A stretch of DNA of 64,000 bases. Source: Gammaproteobacteria bacterium. Its GTDB lineage: Bacteria; Pseudomonadota; Gammaproteobacteria; Arenicellales; Poriferihabitantaceae. The notes beneath the pieces are model-generated. The model saw only the letters and a list, made by a program, of their open reading frames with translations, was not told the DNA's origin and ran no database searches. This document shows, in pieces, positions 25,118-34,354 of the stretch. The first letter of the stretch is position 1, and every line of letters starts with the position of its first letter. Location: the NCBI GenBank assembly GCA_011523765.1, contig WTGA01000163.1:9100-73099 (forward strand), given 5' to 3'. Made by a program: the position numbers and the translations under genes.

Positions 25118-25146
25118 TTCAAACAATGGAAGCCGGAAGGTACAAT
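25118..25146 (+). promoter_or_regulatory. Putative sigma70 promoter facing the SNF2 gene (-35 TTCAAA, 17 nt, -10 TACAAT)
   Basis: The hexamers are at 25118-25123 and 25141-25146. A palindrome GTTTGA-N6-TCAAAC (25107-25124) overlaps the -35. This promoter implies a ~290-nt leader before the ATG at 25440. Confidence 0.35.
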
Positions 25147-25439
25147 GCGGTGATATCAGGCGATTTCCGGTCTTGGTCCGAGAGGAAATTTACGAAATCC
25201 TTTTCTCGAAATGCGGCGGTCTCACTGTTCTTGTCCGGAAAGCCAACCTGTTGGGAATTGCCGCCTGATCCTTTTCATGATGACCCCATGACTTACAAGT
25301 TATATGATCCCCCGGCCCCGAAAAATCTGCCTCCTTGCGTCCCTTTTCTGGCACGGTCCTGTGAACCGGTTTCTCTTCCAGACCAGTGTGCACCCGGCTG
25401 AATGTTGGCAGCAGAAACGAATAATCACCTTCTAACGCC

Positions 25440-28208
25440 ATGGCACCACCCAAAGAAAATCAATCCTCCCAGATCAAGCGCCCGGTCTTTCGTGGCTGGA
25501 TTTCGACGGACGAAGACGAGATAAAAAGACGAAAATGGCGCGGGCGAACGGAAATTTGTGAAGTAAAAGCGATGGATATGGTGGCGGAGCCCTTTTGCGA
25601 TTATCAGGCAAAGTCATCAACCGGCGATTCATACCGGATCGAAATCCGGTCCTTGTCGGAACCTGTAAATTCCTGTGAGTGCATGGATTTTCATACCAAC
25701 CGTTTGGGAACCTGCAAGCACATTGAAGGAGTCCTGCATTCGATCCTGAAAGGGACGTCTCTTCGCAAGCAGGGCCGGAAAAATCCTCGGGCAGAGATAT
25801 TCCTGAACGAATCGGGTGAACGCTCTCCCCGGCTCATGATCCCGGATTCCCTGAATTCGGACAATCCGGCACTGGTACAGGAAATCAGGCAGCGGTTCGA
25901 TGATCTCCGCCGCGGTTCATCGACATCACTGGACTCTCTTTACAGTCTGGCGGAGTTGAACAGCAACCGGTTGAGGGTGTCCGGGCTTTTGAGGCCGTGG
26001 CTGGATGCCCAATTAGCCTTGCAGCACCGGGAACGGTCCCGCAAGGATTTCCTGGAGCAAGTGAAGCGGGGCCACCGTTCCCTGGAGGTTCTGAAACACC
26101 CGCTTTTACCTTACCAGACGGAAGGGGTGTTGCACCTGGTATTCGGGCAACGTGTGATGCTGGCTGATGACATGGGACTGGGCAAGACCGTGCAGGGAAT
26201 TGCCGCGTGCGCCCTGCTCGCCGAGATGGGTGTAATTCAGCGCGTGCTTGTGGTTTGCCCGGCATCCCTCAAAGCCGAATGGGAGGAACAGATAAGGTTT
26301 TTTTCCGACCTTCCCGCGACCGTGGTGTTCGGAAACCGGAAAGCCCGCCTCAAGGCCTATGCTGACCGCGATTTCTTTACCCTGTGCAACTACGAACAGG
26401 TCCGGTCCGAGAGAGCTGACATTCTCGACTTGCTGGAACCGGATGTGGTGATTCTCGATGAGGCCCAACGTATCAAGAACTGGACTACCCAGACCGCGAC
26501 AGAAGTAAAGAAACTGAAAAGCCGTTATGCGTTTGTCCTGACCGGGACCCCGCTTGAAAACCGGATTGACGAAATCTATTCGATTATCCAGTTTCTCGAC
26601 CCGGGGCTTCTGGGACCGTTATTTCGATTCAACCGCGAGTTCTACCAGTTGAACGAAAAGGGAGCTCCGGTCGGCTACAGGAATCTGGACAAACTTGCAG
26701 ACCGCATTGCTCCGATCATGCTTCGAAGGCGGAAGGAGGAGGTGGAAAAACACTTGCCGGGCAGAACCACCAAAACATTTTTTGTCCCGATGACGGACAA
26801 GCAGATGGAATACTATGAGGGGTATGCGGCTCTTGCCGCGCGCCTGGCACACATGGCCAAAAGGCGACCCCTGACGGCCGATCAAATGAAAAAACTGCAG
26901 AGGTACCTCGCCTGCATGCGTATGACCTGTGACACACCGTTCATCCTCGAGGACAATCCGTTTGAATGTCCCAAGCTTGATGAATTGAAGCGCATCCTGC
27001 CGGACCTCCTTGAAGACCGGAACCGCAAGATCCTTATCTTCTCGGAGTGGGTGCGCATGCTCGAACTGGTGCGCAACCTGATTTCTGATGCCGGATGGGA
27101 ATTGGCATGGCTTACAGGCCAAGTTCCCCAGCCACGACGCCGTGCTGAAATCCATCGATTTCGCAAAGATCCTGATTGCCGTTTTTTCCTGTCTTCGGAG
27201 GCCGGAGGGGTGGGACTGAACCTGCAAGCCGCCGATACGGTAATCAACATGGACCTGCCGTGGAATCCCGCAAAACTCGAACAACGAATCGCCCGTGTCT
27301 GGCGCAAGCACCAGTCCCGGCCAGTCCGCATCATCAATTTTGTCAGTGAGGACACGATTGAACACCGGATGCTGGGCCTGCTGGATGCCAAACGGGAACT
27401 GGCAGAAGGCATTCTGGACCGTCGCGGTGACCTCCAGCACACGAATATTCCCAACACCCGGAAAGCGTTTCTGGAAAGAGTGAACGAGGTACTGGGCCAA
27501 CGGATTCTGGTTGAACCCGGCGATGCCTCTGCGGTCAGTGATGCTCCCGAAAAACCGGAACCGAACGACCTCGACCGCATTCTCAACGAATTGCTCGGAC
27601 GTCATGGCCAGTCTCTCCGCTACCTGTTCGCGCTGAAGAAAGAAGCCGTATTGGCTGTCGTGGATATCGACGAGAAAAACGCGGCGAAAGAAGAGCGGCA
27701 ACTGGGCAAACTCTCGGACTTGAAGGTGAATATTGTTGACCTGGTTGCCTATCAATCCATGTTGCGTCTCGCGCAATCGGGAATTATTCCATCGCCGACA
27801 GCGAAGATGTGCAAAATCTATCCCGCGGAGAGTCCCGCAACGGATGAATCGAATGCACGGATATTGCGTGCACAAACCTTGGCGGGACGTGCAAAACACA
27901 AACTCAAAGCGGCAACTTTGCTTGAAGGGGGTGGGTTTGCAGAAGAGGCCCTGCAGCCTGCCCGGGATGCGGCCCACCTCGCCATCAACGCATTGGCAGC
28001 CTTTCGTGGCGTACCGGAACATCCTGAGCCGACGGCGGCTGCAGAATTCCTGGTGGAAGAAGACCCGGACGGGATTCGTGGTGGATTACGACTCAGTATC
28101 GCCCGACTGCTGTCCGACGACTCAGATGAACCCGCCGGCATCTCCCAAATCCGTACATTCGTTGGCGATATAGAAAAAGGATTCAGCGATGCTTCAACTA
28201 CGGTGTGA
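25440..28208 (+). CDS. SNF2-family helicase with N-terminal SWIM zinc finger and an uncharacterised ~230-aa C-terminal extension
   Basis: The SWIM motif is CECMDFHTNRLGTCKHIEG. The SNF2 motifs are LADDMGLGKT (I), ILDEAQRIKN (II), LTGTPLENR, a helicase-C block (LSSEAGGVGLNLQAADTVINMDLPWNPAKLEQRIARVWR) and others. Confidence 0.9.
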   Translation: MAPPKENQSSQIKRPVFRGWISTDEDEIKRRKWRGRTEICEVKAMDMVAEPFCDYQAKSSTGDSYRIEIRSLSEPVNSCECMDFHTNRLGTCKHIEGVLHSILKGTSLRKQGRKNPRAEIFLNESGERSPRLMIPDSLNSDNPALVQEIRQRFDDLRRGSSTSLDSLYSLAELNSNRLRVSGLLRPWLDAQLALQHRERSRKDFLEQVKRGHRSLEVLKHPLLPYQTEGVLHLVFGQRVMLADDMGLGKTVQGIAACALLAEMGVIQRVLVVCPASLKAEWEEQIRFFSDLPATVVFGNRKARLKAYADRDFFTLCNYEQVRSERADILDLLEPDVVILDEAQRIKNWTTQTATEVKKLKSRYAFVLTGTPLENRIDEIYSIIQFLDPGLLGPLFRFNREFYQLNEKGAPVGYRNLDKLADRIAPIMLRRRKEEVEKHLPGRTTKTFFVPMTDKQMEYYEGYAALAARLAHMAKRRPLTADQMKKLQRYLACMRMTCDTPFILEDNPFECPKLDELKRILPDLLEDRNRKILIFSEWVRMLELVRNLISDAGWELAWLTGQVPQPRRRAEIHRFRKDPDCRFFLSSEAGGVGLNLQAADTVINMDLPWNPAKLEQRIARVWRKHQSRPVRIINFVSEDTIEHRMLGLLDAKRELAEGILDRRGDLQHTNIPNTRKAFLERVNEVLGQRILVEPGDASAVSDAPEKPEPNDLDRILNELLGRHGQSLRYLFALKKEAVLAVVDIDEKNAAKEERQLGKLSDLKVNIVDLVAYQSMLRLAQSGIIPSPTAKMCKIYPAESPATDESNARILRAQTLAGRAKHKLKAATLLEGGGFAEEALQPARDAAHLAINALAAFRGVPEHPEPTAAAEFLVEEDPDGIRGGLRLSIARLLSDDSDEPAGISQIRTFVGDIEKGFSDASTTV

Positions 28209-28600
28209 GCATGACGATGGCAGCCGGTTGAAAACGGCGGCGTCAAGCGTGAGACCGGGGCGGTATCGAGATACCCCATGGTCCGGTCAGCTCTTTGAGT
28301 GGATGAAACCACGCTGTCAGACACCTGAGCGAAAAATACCAGAATCCGGTGGCTCAAACGTTCGGACGCGTGCATTGCCTCGGACGCACTATCCGATGCG
28401 CCCAAAAAGTTGGCAGGGCCTATCGAATGCCATCACAGTGTGCCATACCCCCTCACTGATTGCATTCGTCACTGGGCGAACAGAGTCCGAATGACCACGA
28501 AAGGGGCACAATGATGAAGATGGAGGCTGGACGGAAATCGCTTGACTGCACGGCATAGAATGCCTGATGAGTCCACCGTAGCGTGGAATATCAGGCCCGG

Positions 28601-28677
<77 letters not shown>

Positions 28678-28688
28678 ACAGGGGTTGG

Positions 28689-28718
28689 ATTCTACCTCAT
28701 TTGCAATTCGTGATACAA
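28689..28718 (-). promoter_or_regulatory. Putative sigma70 promoter of the tRNA-fMet gene
   Basis: On the minus strand, -35 is TTGTAT (28718-28713), followed by an 18-nt spacer and -10 TAGAAT (28694-28689). The -10 ends 11 nt upstream of tRNA position 1. Confidence 0.45.
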
Positions 28719-29042
28719 CCCGATTGTCGGCACCCGATGGTTGGTCCCCAGGTGCCGGCGCACCACTGTTACGGCGAATCCCGTGTGGCTTCCTGGATGC
28801 ACAGCACTTGACAGGAATGCGTTCAAACCGGCTTCGAGGCGGAGCTGAGCCGGCATTTGCGGGTTGTCGAACCATCGTTCCCGCATCACCGCATCCACGA
28901 CGGTGGTATGCAGAACGGGAAAGCCGGACAGACCGGCTTCAGAATCACGCGGCATCCGACTGGGCAGAAGTGAACGGGGCACCGTCGGATAATGACCGTG
29001 TGGTCCCCGGTTGGTTTGGGTGGTGGGATCCGGACATTCCAC
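28692..29042 (-). CDS. Hypothetical protein (unassigned ORF between cysS and tRNA-fMet)
   Basis: This 116-aa ORF has ordinary codon usage but no family I can recognise. Its 3' end overlaps the predicted tRNA promoter, and it may not be expressed. Confidence 0.25.
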   Translation of the reverse strand: MECPDPTTQTNRGPHGHYPTVPRSLLPSRMPRDSEAGLSGFPVLHTTVVDAVMRERWFDNPQMPAQLRLEAGLNAFLSSAVHPGSHTGFAVTVVRRHLGTNHRVPTIGLYHELQMR

Positions 29043-29114
29043 TGATTTTCAACCCTCAAACCACCGGAGTACTGAGGGCTGCCGATGTCAATATGGAAGA
29101 AACGCCGCTATTGA

Positions 29115-30530
29115 CTACGCATCCTTCCGGGATCGTTGCCGAAAGCTTTCCGGCTGCTTTTTCCTGAGATGGGAACCCGTAGAGGAATCAATTACCTCGA
29201 AGCCCATCTCCTGGATCTCGACACGAATTTGGTCTGCGGCCACCCAGTCTTTTGCGGCACGTGCCTGGTTGCGCCGATTCAGCAGGTCAGCGGCCTTATC
29301 GGGGATGGCCAACAAGGGTTGCGGCTTCCAGTTTTCGAGATTCAACCCGAGAACCCGGTCACATTCGAAAATGGTGGCCTTTTTCACCTCATCCGGCAGT
29401 GAACTCCTTGCCAGATCCCAGACCACGGCAAGACCCTTTGCGGTATTCAGGTCATCATGGATTTCATTTCTGAACCGGATCACGAACCCGGTATCCGCGG
29501 TTCCCGGTTCTCCCCATCCGGCCACCATGTTCCGCAGGCGGGACAGTGCTGTGTGTGCGCCATTCAGACTTTCCCAGGTGAATTTCAGGTCACTGCGATA
29601 GTGTGCCGTCAGACAAAGGTAACGATAGCCGAGGGGGTCGATGTTCCGGTCCAGCAATGTCTGCAGGCGCAGAAATTCACCTGACGACTTGGACATCTTG
29701 TCTTCGGTCTCAAGAAAATAACCGTGTAGCCAGAAATTCGCCAGGCGGGTGCCGTGACAGGCTTCCGACTGGGCGATTTCGTTGGAATGATGGACCGGAA
29801 TGTGATCCTTGCCACCACAATGGATATCAAACATTTTTCCCAGGTACTTCACCGCCATCGCGGAGCATTCGATGTGCCAGCCGGGGAAACCCCTTCCCCA
29901 GGGACTGTCCCATTCCATTTGCCTCTGCTGGTTTTCGGGGCTGAATTTCCACAGCGCAAAATCCGTTGCATTGCGTTTTTCACCGACTTCAATCCGTTGG
30001 CCGGCATTCAATCCGTCCACATCCAGCCGTGCGAGGTATCCGTAGTTCCGGAGTTTGGAGGTATCGAAATAAATCCCGTCCGAAGTCGCATACGTATAGC
30101 CATTGGACTCGATGGTCCGGATGTCTTCAATCTGTTCACCCACATGGTCCGTTGCCCGGCACCAGATACCCGGATCCCGGATATTCAGTTGCCGCAAGTC
30201 CTGCTTGAACGCATCCGAATAGATCTCAGCAATTTCCCAGGCCGACTTTCCCGCCCGGCGGGACCCTTTTTCGATTTTATCTTCCCCCGTGTCCGCATCC
30301 GAAGTGAGATGCCCGACATCCGTGATGTTCATGACATGCAGCACCTCATAACCCTGGAATTCCAGGGTTCTGCGCAGCACATCCTCAAAGAGATACGTAC
30401 GGAGATTGCCGATGTGCGCATAGTCATAGACGGTCGGCCCACAGGCATACATCCGGACCTGGTTGCCCTGGAGCGGCTCGAATTCACGCAAGCTCCGGCT
30501 ATAACTGTCGTACAGGCGTATAGTCATCAT
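29115..30530 (-). CDS. cysS: Cysteine--tRNA ligase
   Basis: It has the class I motifs HIGN and KMSKS (KMSKSSG). Confidence 0.97.
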   Translation of the reverse strand: MMTIRLYDSYSRSLREFEPLQGNQVRMYACGPTVYDYAHIGNLRTYLFEDVLRRTLEFQGYEVLHVMNITDVGHLTSDADTGEDKIEKGSRRAGKSAWEIAEIYSDAFKQDLRQLNIRDPGIWCRATDHVGEQIEDIRTIESNGYTYATSDGIYFDTSKLRNYGYLARLDVDGLNAGQRIEVGEKRNATDFALWKFSPENQQRQMEWDSPWGRGFPGWHIECSAMAVKYLGKMFDIHCGGKDHIPVHHSNEIAQSEACHGTRLANFWLHGYFLETEDKMSKSSGEFLRLQTLLDRNIDPLGYRYLCLTAHYRSDLKFTWESLNGAHTALSRLRNMVAGWGEPGTADTGFVIRFRNEIHDDLNTAKGLAVVWDLARSSLPDEVKKATIFECDRVLGLNLENWKPQPLLAIPDKAADLLNRRNQARAAKDWVAADQIRVEIQEMGFEVIDSSTGSHLRKKQPESFRQRSRKDA

Positions 30531-30608
30531 CGATCGTGGATTTCCCCATTTCCCTGTTCAGGCCGTAATTTCCCGTCAAGCGTATCACGGCATATCCCGG
30601 GTGGGCGA

Positions 30609-30617
30609 TGGTATAAT
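30609..30617 (+). promoter_or_regulatory. Extended -10 promoter element (TGgTATAAT) upstream of lpxH
   Basis: TGGTATAAT lies at 30609-30617 in the cysS/lpxH divergent spacer, 40 nt before the lpxH ATG. The -35 is poor. Confidence 0.4.
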
Positions 30618-30656
30618 ATTCATGCTCTCAATCCAATCATCATCCGGCCTTCTTCC

Positions 30657-31373
30657 ATGCCCACTGCATTCATTTCCGACCTGCATTTGACCCCGGACAG
30701 GCCGGAATCGACCGAATGGTTCCGTCAATTCATGCGCGAATCCCGTGGATTGCTCAACCGGATTTATATCCTTGGAGATTTGTTCGAGTTCTGGATCGGG
30801 GATGATGCCCGGGATACCCTGGGATACGGTGAAGTGGAAGAGATCCTGCAGGCCACCGTCGAAGCGGGCATGGATATCTTCTTCATTCATGGAAACCGGG
30901 ATTTCCTGGTTGGCCGGGATTTTGAAAGGCGTACCGGCTGCCGAATCCTTGCCGACCCCACCGTGATCGAGCTGGGGACCACCCGGGTCCTGCTCACCCA
31001 TGGTGATGCGTTGTGCACGGATGACACGACGCATCAACAGGCCCGGAAACAAATGCTGACCGACAAGTGGCGATTTGCCTTTCTAAACCAGCCGGTGAGC
31101 GAACGGCTCGACACGGCAAGCGCCATGAGGAAAAAGAGTGAAATCGAAAAGAAGTCCAAGAGCATGGAGATCATGGATGTGAATCAGAAACAGGTGGAAA
31201 AAGTGATGCGGGACCACGGTGTGCGGACAATGATCCACGGGCATACCCACCAGCCGGCCGTCCATGACTTTTTCATCGACCGTGCGCCGGCGAAGCGTTT
31301 TGTCCTGGGCGACTGGTATACCCAAAAAAGCATGCTGCTGTACGACAAGGGCTGCTTCTCACTGAAACGATAA
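30657..31373 (+). CDS. lpxH: UDP-2,3-diacylglucosamine hydrolase LpxH
   Basis: The sequence MPTAFISDLHL..GDLFEFWIGDD..IHGNRDF..THGD..HGHTH carries the metallophosphatase motifs. The track ORF 29754-31373 is this gene fused to an antisense-of-cysS extension. Confidence 0.9.
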   Translation: MPTAFISDLHLTPDRPESTEWFRQFMRESRGLLNRIYILGDLFEFWIGDDARDTLGYGEVEEILQATVEAGMDIFFIHGNRDFLVGRDFERRTGCRILADPTVIELGTTRVLLTHGDALCTDDTTHQQARKQMLTDKWRFAFLNQPVSERLDTASAMRKKSEIEKKSKSMEIMDVNQKQVEKVMRDHGVRTMIHGHTHQPAVHDFFIDRAPAKRFVLGDWYTQKSMLLYDKGCFSLKR

Positions 31374-31520
31374 GGCCGTCGCCCACGATTTCACCTGCTC
31401 CGGCGCCCGGGTCCCGGCCTCCAGTCCCGGCCGGTGATTGCGGTGTTCGCATCCCTGCCGGCAGGCCCGGCAGAAGAAGCGGGAGACACTGCTTGCAGGC
31501 CCCTGCGCCCAGCCGTACCG

Positions 31521-33050
31521 TCAGGCACGTTTTTCCTGTATTTCCGTGACTTCTGAAATATCGAGATCATTGTCCGGACCCAGTTTCGCCTGGTCATTGC
31601 GGGTATGGTCCACCAATCTCAGGTAATCCGGGGTGATGTCACCCGTTACGTACCGGCCATCGAAACACGACGTGTCAAATTCGGTAATCTCCCGGTTACA
31701 CTGGCGAACCGCATTGATCAGGTCCCCCAGCTCCTGGTAGATCAGCTTGTCCGCACCGATTTCCCGGCATATTTCCTCCGTGCTCCGATTGTTGCCGATC
31801 AGTTCGGTACTGGAAGGCATGTCGATTCCGTACACATTGGGATACCGGACCGGCGGGGCCGCTGACGCAAAATACACCTTGGAGGCGCCGGCCTCCCGGG
31901 CGAGTTCGATGATCTTCTGGGAGGTGGTGCCCCGCACAATCGAGTCGTCCACCAGCAGGACATTTTTCCCGTTGAACTCGGATGAAATCGCGTTCAGTTT
32001 CTGCCGGACCGATTTTTTTCTTTTCGCCTGCCCGGGCATGATGAATGTCCTGCCAATATAACGGTTTTTCACAAATCCTTCCCGATAAGGCAGCTTCAGC
32101 ACCTTGGCCATTTCCAGGGCGGCCGTCCGGCTGGTATCCGGCACCGGGATCACCACGTCTATATCGTGCTCAGGCCAGTCATTTTTCAGTTTTTGTCCCA
32201 ACCGCTGGCCCATGTGAATGCGCGTTTGGTACACCGGGATTTCATCAATGATGGAATCGGGTCGGGCAAGATAAACATATTCGAAAATACAGGGGAAATT
32301 GTCTGTTCTTTCGGCACAGACCGCACGGTGCACCTTGCTGTCCAGGTCGACAAACACCGCTTCACCGGGCTGTATATCCCCCACCAGGCGATAACTGAGC
32401 ACGTCGAGTGCCACACTTTCCGACGCAAAAATGTGCGACAGGCCGGAGGCCTCCTTTTTGGTGCCGTATACCAGAGGGCGGATGCCGCAGGGGTCCCGAA
32501 AGGCCATCAGCCCCACGCCCACCACCATGACGATGACGGCATAGGCACCCTTGCAGCGCCGGAACACGCCGCTGGCAGCCGTGAAGAGGTCCTGGGGCGA
32601 GGCTCTCAAACTGGATTCACCCAGTGCCGCCCGAAGTTCATGGGCGAAAATGTTGAGCAGGATTTCAGAATCCGATGAAGTGTTCAGCTGTCTCAGGTCC
32701 TGCACGAACAGCTCCTTTCTCAACTCTTCCGCATTGGTCAGGTTGCCATTGTGTCCCAGCGCAATGCCGAACGGGGAATTGACATAAAAGGGCTGTGCTT
32801 CCGCCCTTGAATCACTGCCTGCGGTGGGATAACGGACATGTCCGACCCCCATTCCGCCACGAAGCTGGACCATGTGCCGGGTACGGAACACATCATTGAC
32901 CAGACCGTTGTCCTTTCTGAGATAGACCCGGTTCCCGTCACTGGTCATAATTCCCGCCGCATCCTGGCCGCGGTGCTGGATGACCGTCAGCCCATCATAC
33001 AGGGCCTGATTAACAGGGTCTTTCCCAAGAATACCGACGAGTCCGCACAT
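31521..33050 (-). CDS. purF: Amidophosphoribosyltransferase
   Basis: It has the N-terminal nucleophile MCGLVG and a PRTase motif ([13 protein letters not shown]). Confidence 0.97.
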   Translation of the reverse strand: MCGLVGILGKDPVNQALYDGLTVIQHRGQDAAGIMTSDGNRVYLRKDNGLVNDVFRTRHMVQLRGGMGVGHVRYPTAGSDSRAEAQPFYVNSPFGIALGHNGNLTNAEELRKELFVQDLRQLNTSSDSEILLNIFAHELRAALGESSLRASPQDLFTAASGVFRRCKGAYAVIVMVVGVGLMAFRDPCGIRPLVYGTKKEASGLSHIFASESVALDVLSYRLVGDIQPGEAVFVDLDSKVHRAVCAERTDNFPCIFEYVYLARPDSIIDEIPVYQTRIHMGQRLGQKLKNDWPEHDIDVVIPVPDTSRTAALEMAKVLKLPYREGFVKNRYIGRTFIMPGQAKRKKSVRQKLNAISSEFNGKNVLLVDDSIVRGTTSQKIIELAREAGASKVYFASAAPPVRYPNVYGIDMPSSTELIGNNRSTEEICREIGADKLIYQELGDLINAVRQCNREITEFDTSCFDGRYVTGDITPDYLRLVDHTRNDQAKLGPDNDLDISEVTEIQEKRA

Positions 33051-33057
33051 GTCTATC

Positions 33058-33561
33058 TCATTTCGGTTTTACTAATTCAGCCATCTCGTTGGGCAACCAT
33101 GACCGGATCCATTCGGCTACGGGTGTGAAATATTGTATCAGCATGGATTCCTGCCACCAAGACTGGGAGGTGAAATCCATGAACCTTGCACACAGGATGA
33201 GCAATGCGATGATCACGATCCCGCGGGCAAACCCGAACAAGGTGCCGAGCGAACGGTCAATGCCCGTAATCCCGGTGATGGCCAGCAACCGGTACACCAG
33301 GTAGCTTCCGATTGAAAGCAGGACCAGGCACGCAATAAACAGGATGGCGAAGGCGGCCACGAAACGCAGGATTGCCTGGTCGAGATAGGGCTCCAGGTAG
33401 ACCGCCCCCCAGCCCGCATACTGATAGGCAATCCAGATCGAGACCAGCCAGGAGAACAGCGACAGGATTTCGCGAATGAATCCCCTGAACAGCCCCATCA
33501 GGAGGGAGGCCGTCACGATGACCAGAATTGCAATATCGACCAGGCTCATCTCGTGTTCCAA
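33058..33561 (-). CDS. cvpA: Colicin V production membrane protein CvpA
   Basis: This 167-aa polytopic protein lies immediately upstream of purF. Confidence 0.85.
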   Translation of the reverse strand: MEHEMSLVDIAILVIVTASLLMGLFRGFIREILSLFSWLVSIWIAYQYAGWGAVYLEPYLDQAILRFVAAFAILFIACLVLLSIGSYLVYRLLAITGITGIDRSLGTLFGFARGIVIIALLILCARFMDFTSQSWWQESMLIQYFTPVAEWIRSWLPNEMAELVKPK

Positions 33562-33671
33562 TGCGTTTTCCGGTTATCCAATCCGTTCTTCATCTTCGGC
33601 ACGAATATCATGCATGGCCCGGTCCGGCCGGGGCGCCAGGGCCCCTGATCACCGGTATTCATGGGGTGATG

Positions 33672-34289
33672 TCAAGGTTCATGCCGGATGACATACCCCT
33701 TTTCCCCCCGCAGGGCATGCAGCCTTGCGTTCACGGTATCAGCGGTCTCTCTCTTTGCGTAGGGGCCCAGCCAGACACGGGTGGCTTCACCGGACGCAAT
33801 CTGGACCCGGGTTCGCTTGGCATCGAATCCGTGTTCGCCGAGCAATGTGAGCATGCGCTCCACGTTTTCCGCTTTCGTAAAGGTTCCCACCCGCACAGAC
33901 CAGCCGCCTGAAGTGCCGTCCTGGCTCGGCTCATTGGCCTGTTCCCGGTCCGCTTTCTCTTCCTGTTCAGGCTGTTGTGCACCCGGTTCCGTTTCCTTAA
34001 GGAGCAGCTGTGTGCCGACGTCAGCCGAATCCGCTCCCTTTTCGTTCAGGTTTACCGAGCTGACATTGAGCGGCACCAGGTTGGATTGAAAAGCCGGCTC
34101 GTCGGCCACTGCCGGCTCCGGGGCCGTCACCTCCTGGGCAGCCACCTCATTGCCGGGTATCCGGGCAGGCTCCCGGAGCAACAGCAGGATGGCAGACAGT
34201 GCAGCGACGATGATCACCGCTGCACCGGTCAGACGATGCTTCATCTGGTATTTGGGGCTGTGTTCTGAACGGGATTCACCCATCGCCAA
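33672..34289 (-). CDS. SPOR domain cell-division protein (DedD-like)
   Basis: It has an N-terminal TM segment, an acidic/proline linker and a C-terminal SPOR domain (GWSVRVGTF..RVWLGPY). It occupies the dedD position between folC and cvpA. Confidence 0.8.
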   Translation of the reverse strand: MAMGESRSEHSPKYQMKHRLTGAAVIIVAALSAILLLLREPARIPGNEVAAQEVTAPEPAVADEPAFQSNLVPLNVSSVNLNEKGADSADVGTQLLLKETEPGAQQPEQEEKADREQANEPSQDGTSGGWSVRVGTFTKAENVERMLTLLGEHGFDAKRTRVQIASGEATRVWLGPYAKRETADTVNARLHALRGEKGYVIRHEP

Positions 34290-34354
34290 TGCCTCAATTC
34301 AAATGCGGGGAAGGACCCGGAAACCGGGGCCCATTGAAATTCCCGACACCCGGT

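Noticed and set aside
24760-25401. Plus-strand ORFs of 112, 87 and 98 aa upstream of the SNF2 gene
   Set aside because: Their W/R/P/C-rich sequences have no domain signature and no convincing RBS. I treated them as non-coding.
26619-28022. 467-aa minus-strand ORF
   Set aside because: It is antisense to the SNF2 helicase gene and has no recognisable motifs.
29754-30656. N-terminal 300 codons of the 539-aa track ORF
   Set aside because: This part is antisense to cysS. Only the part from the ATG at 30657 is LpxH.
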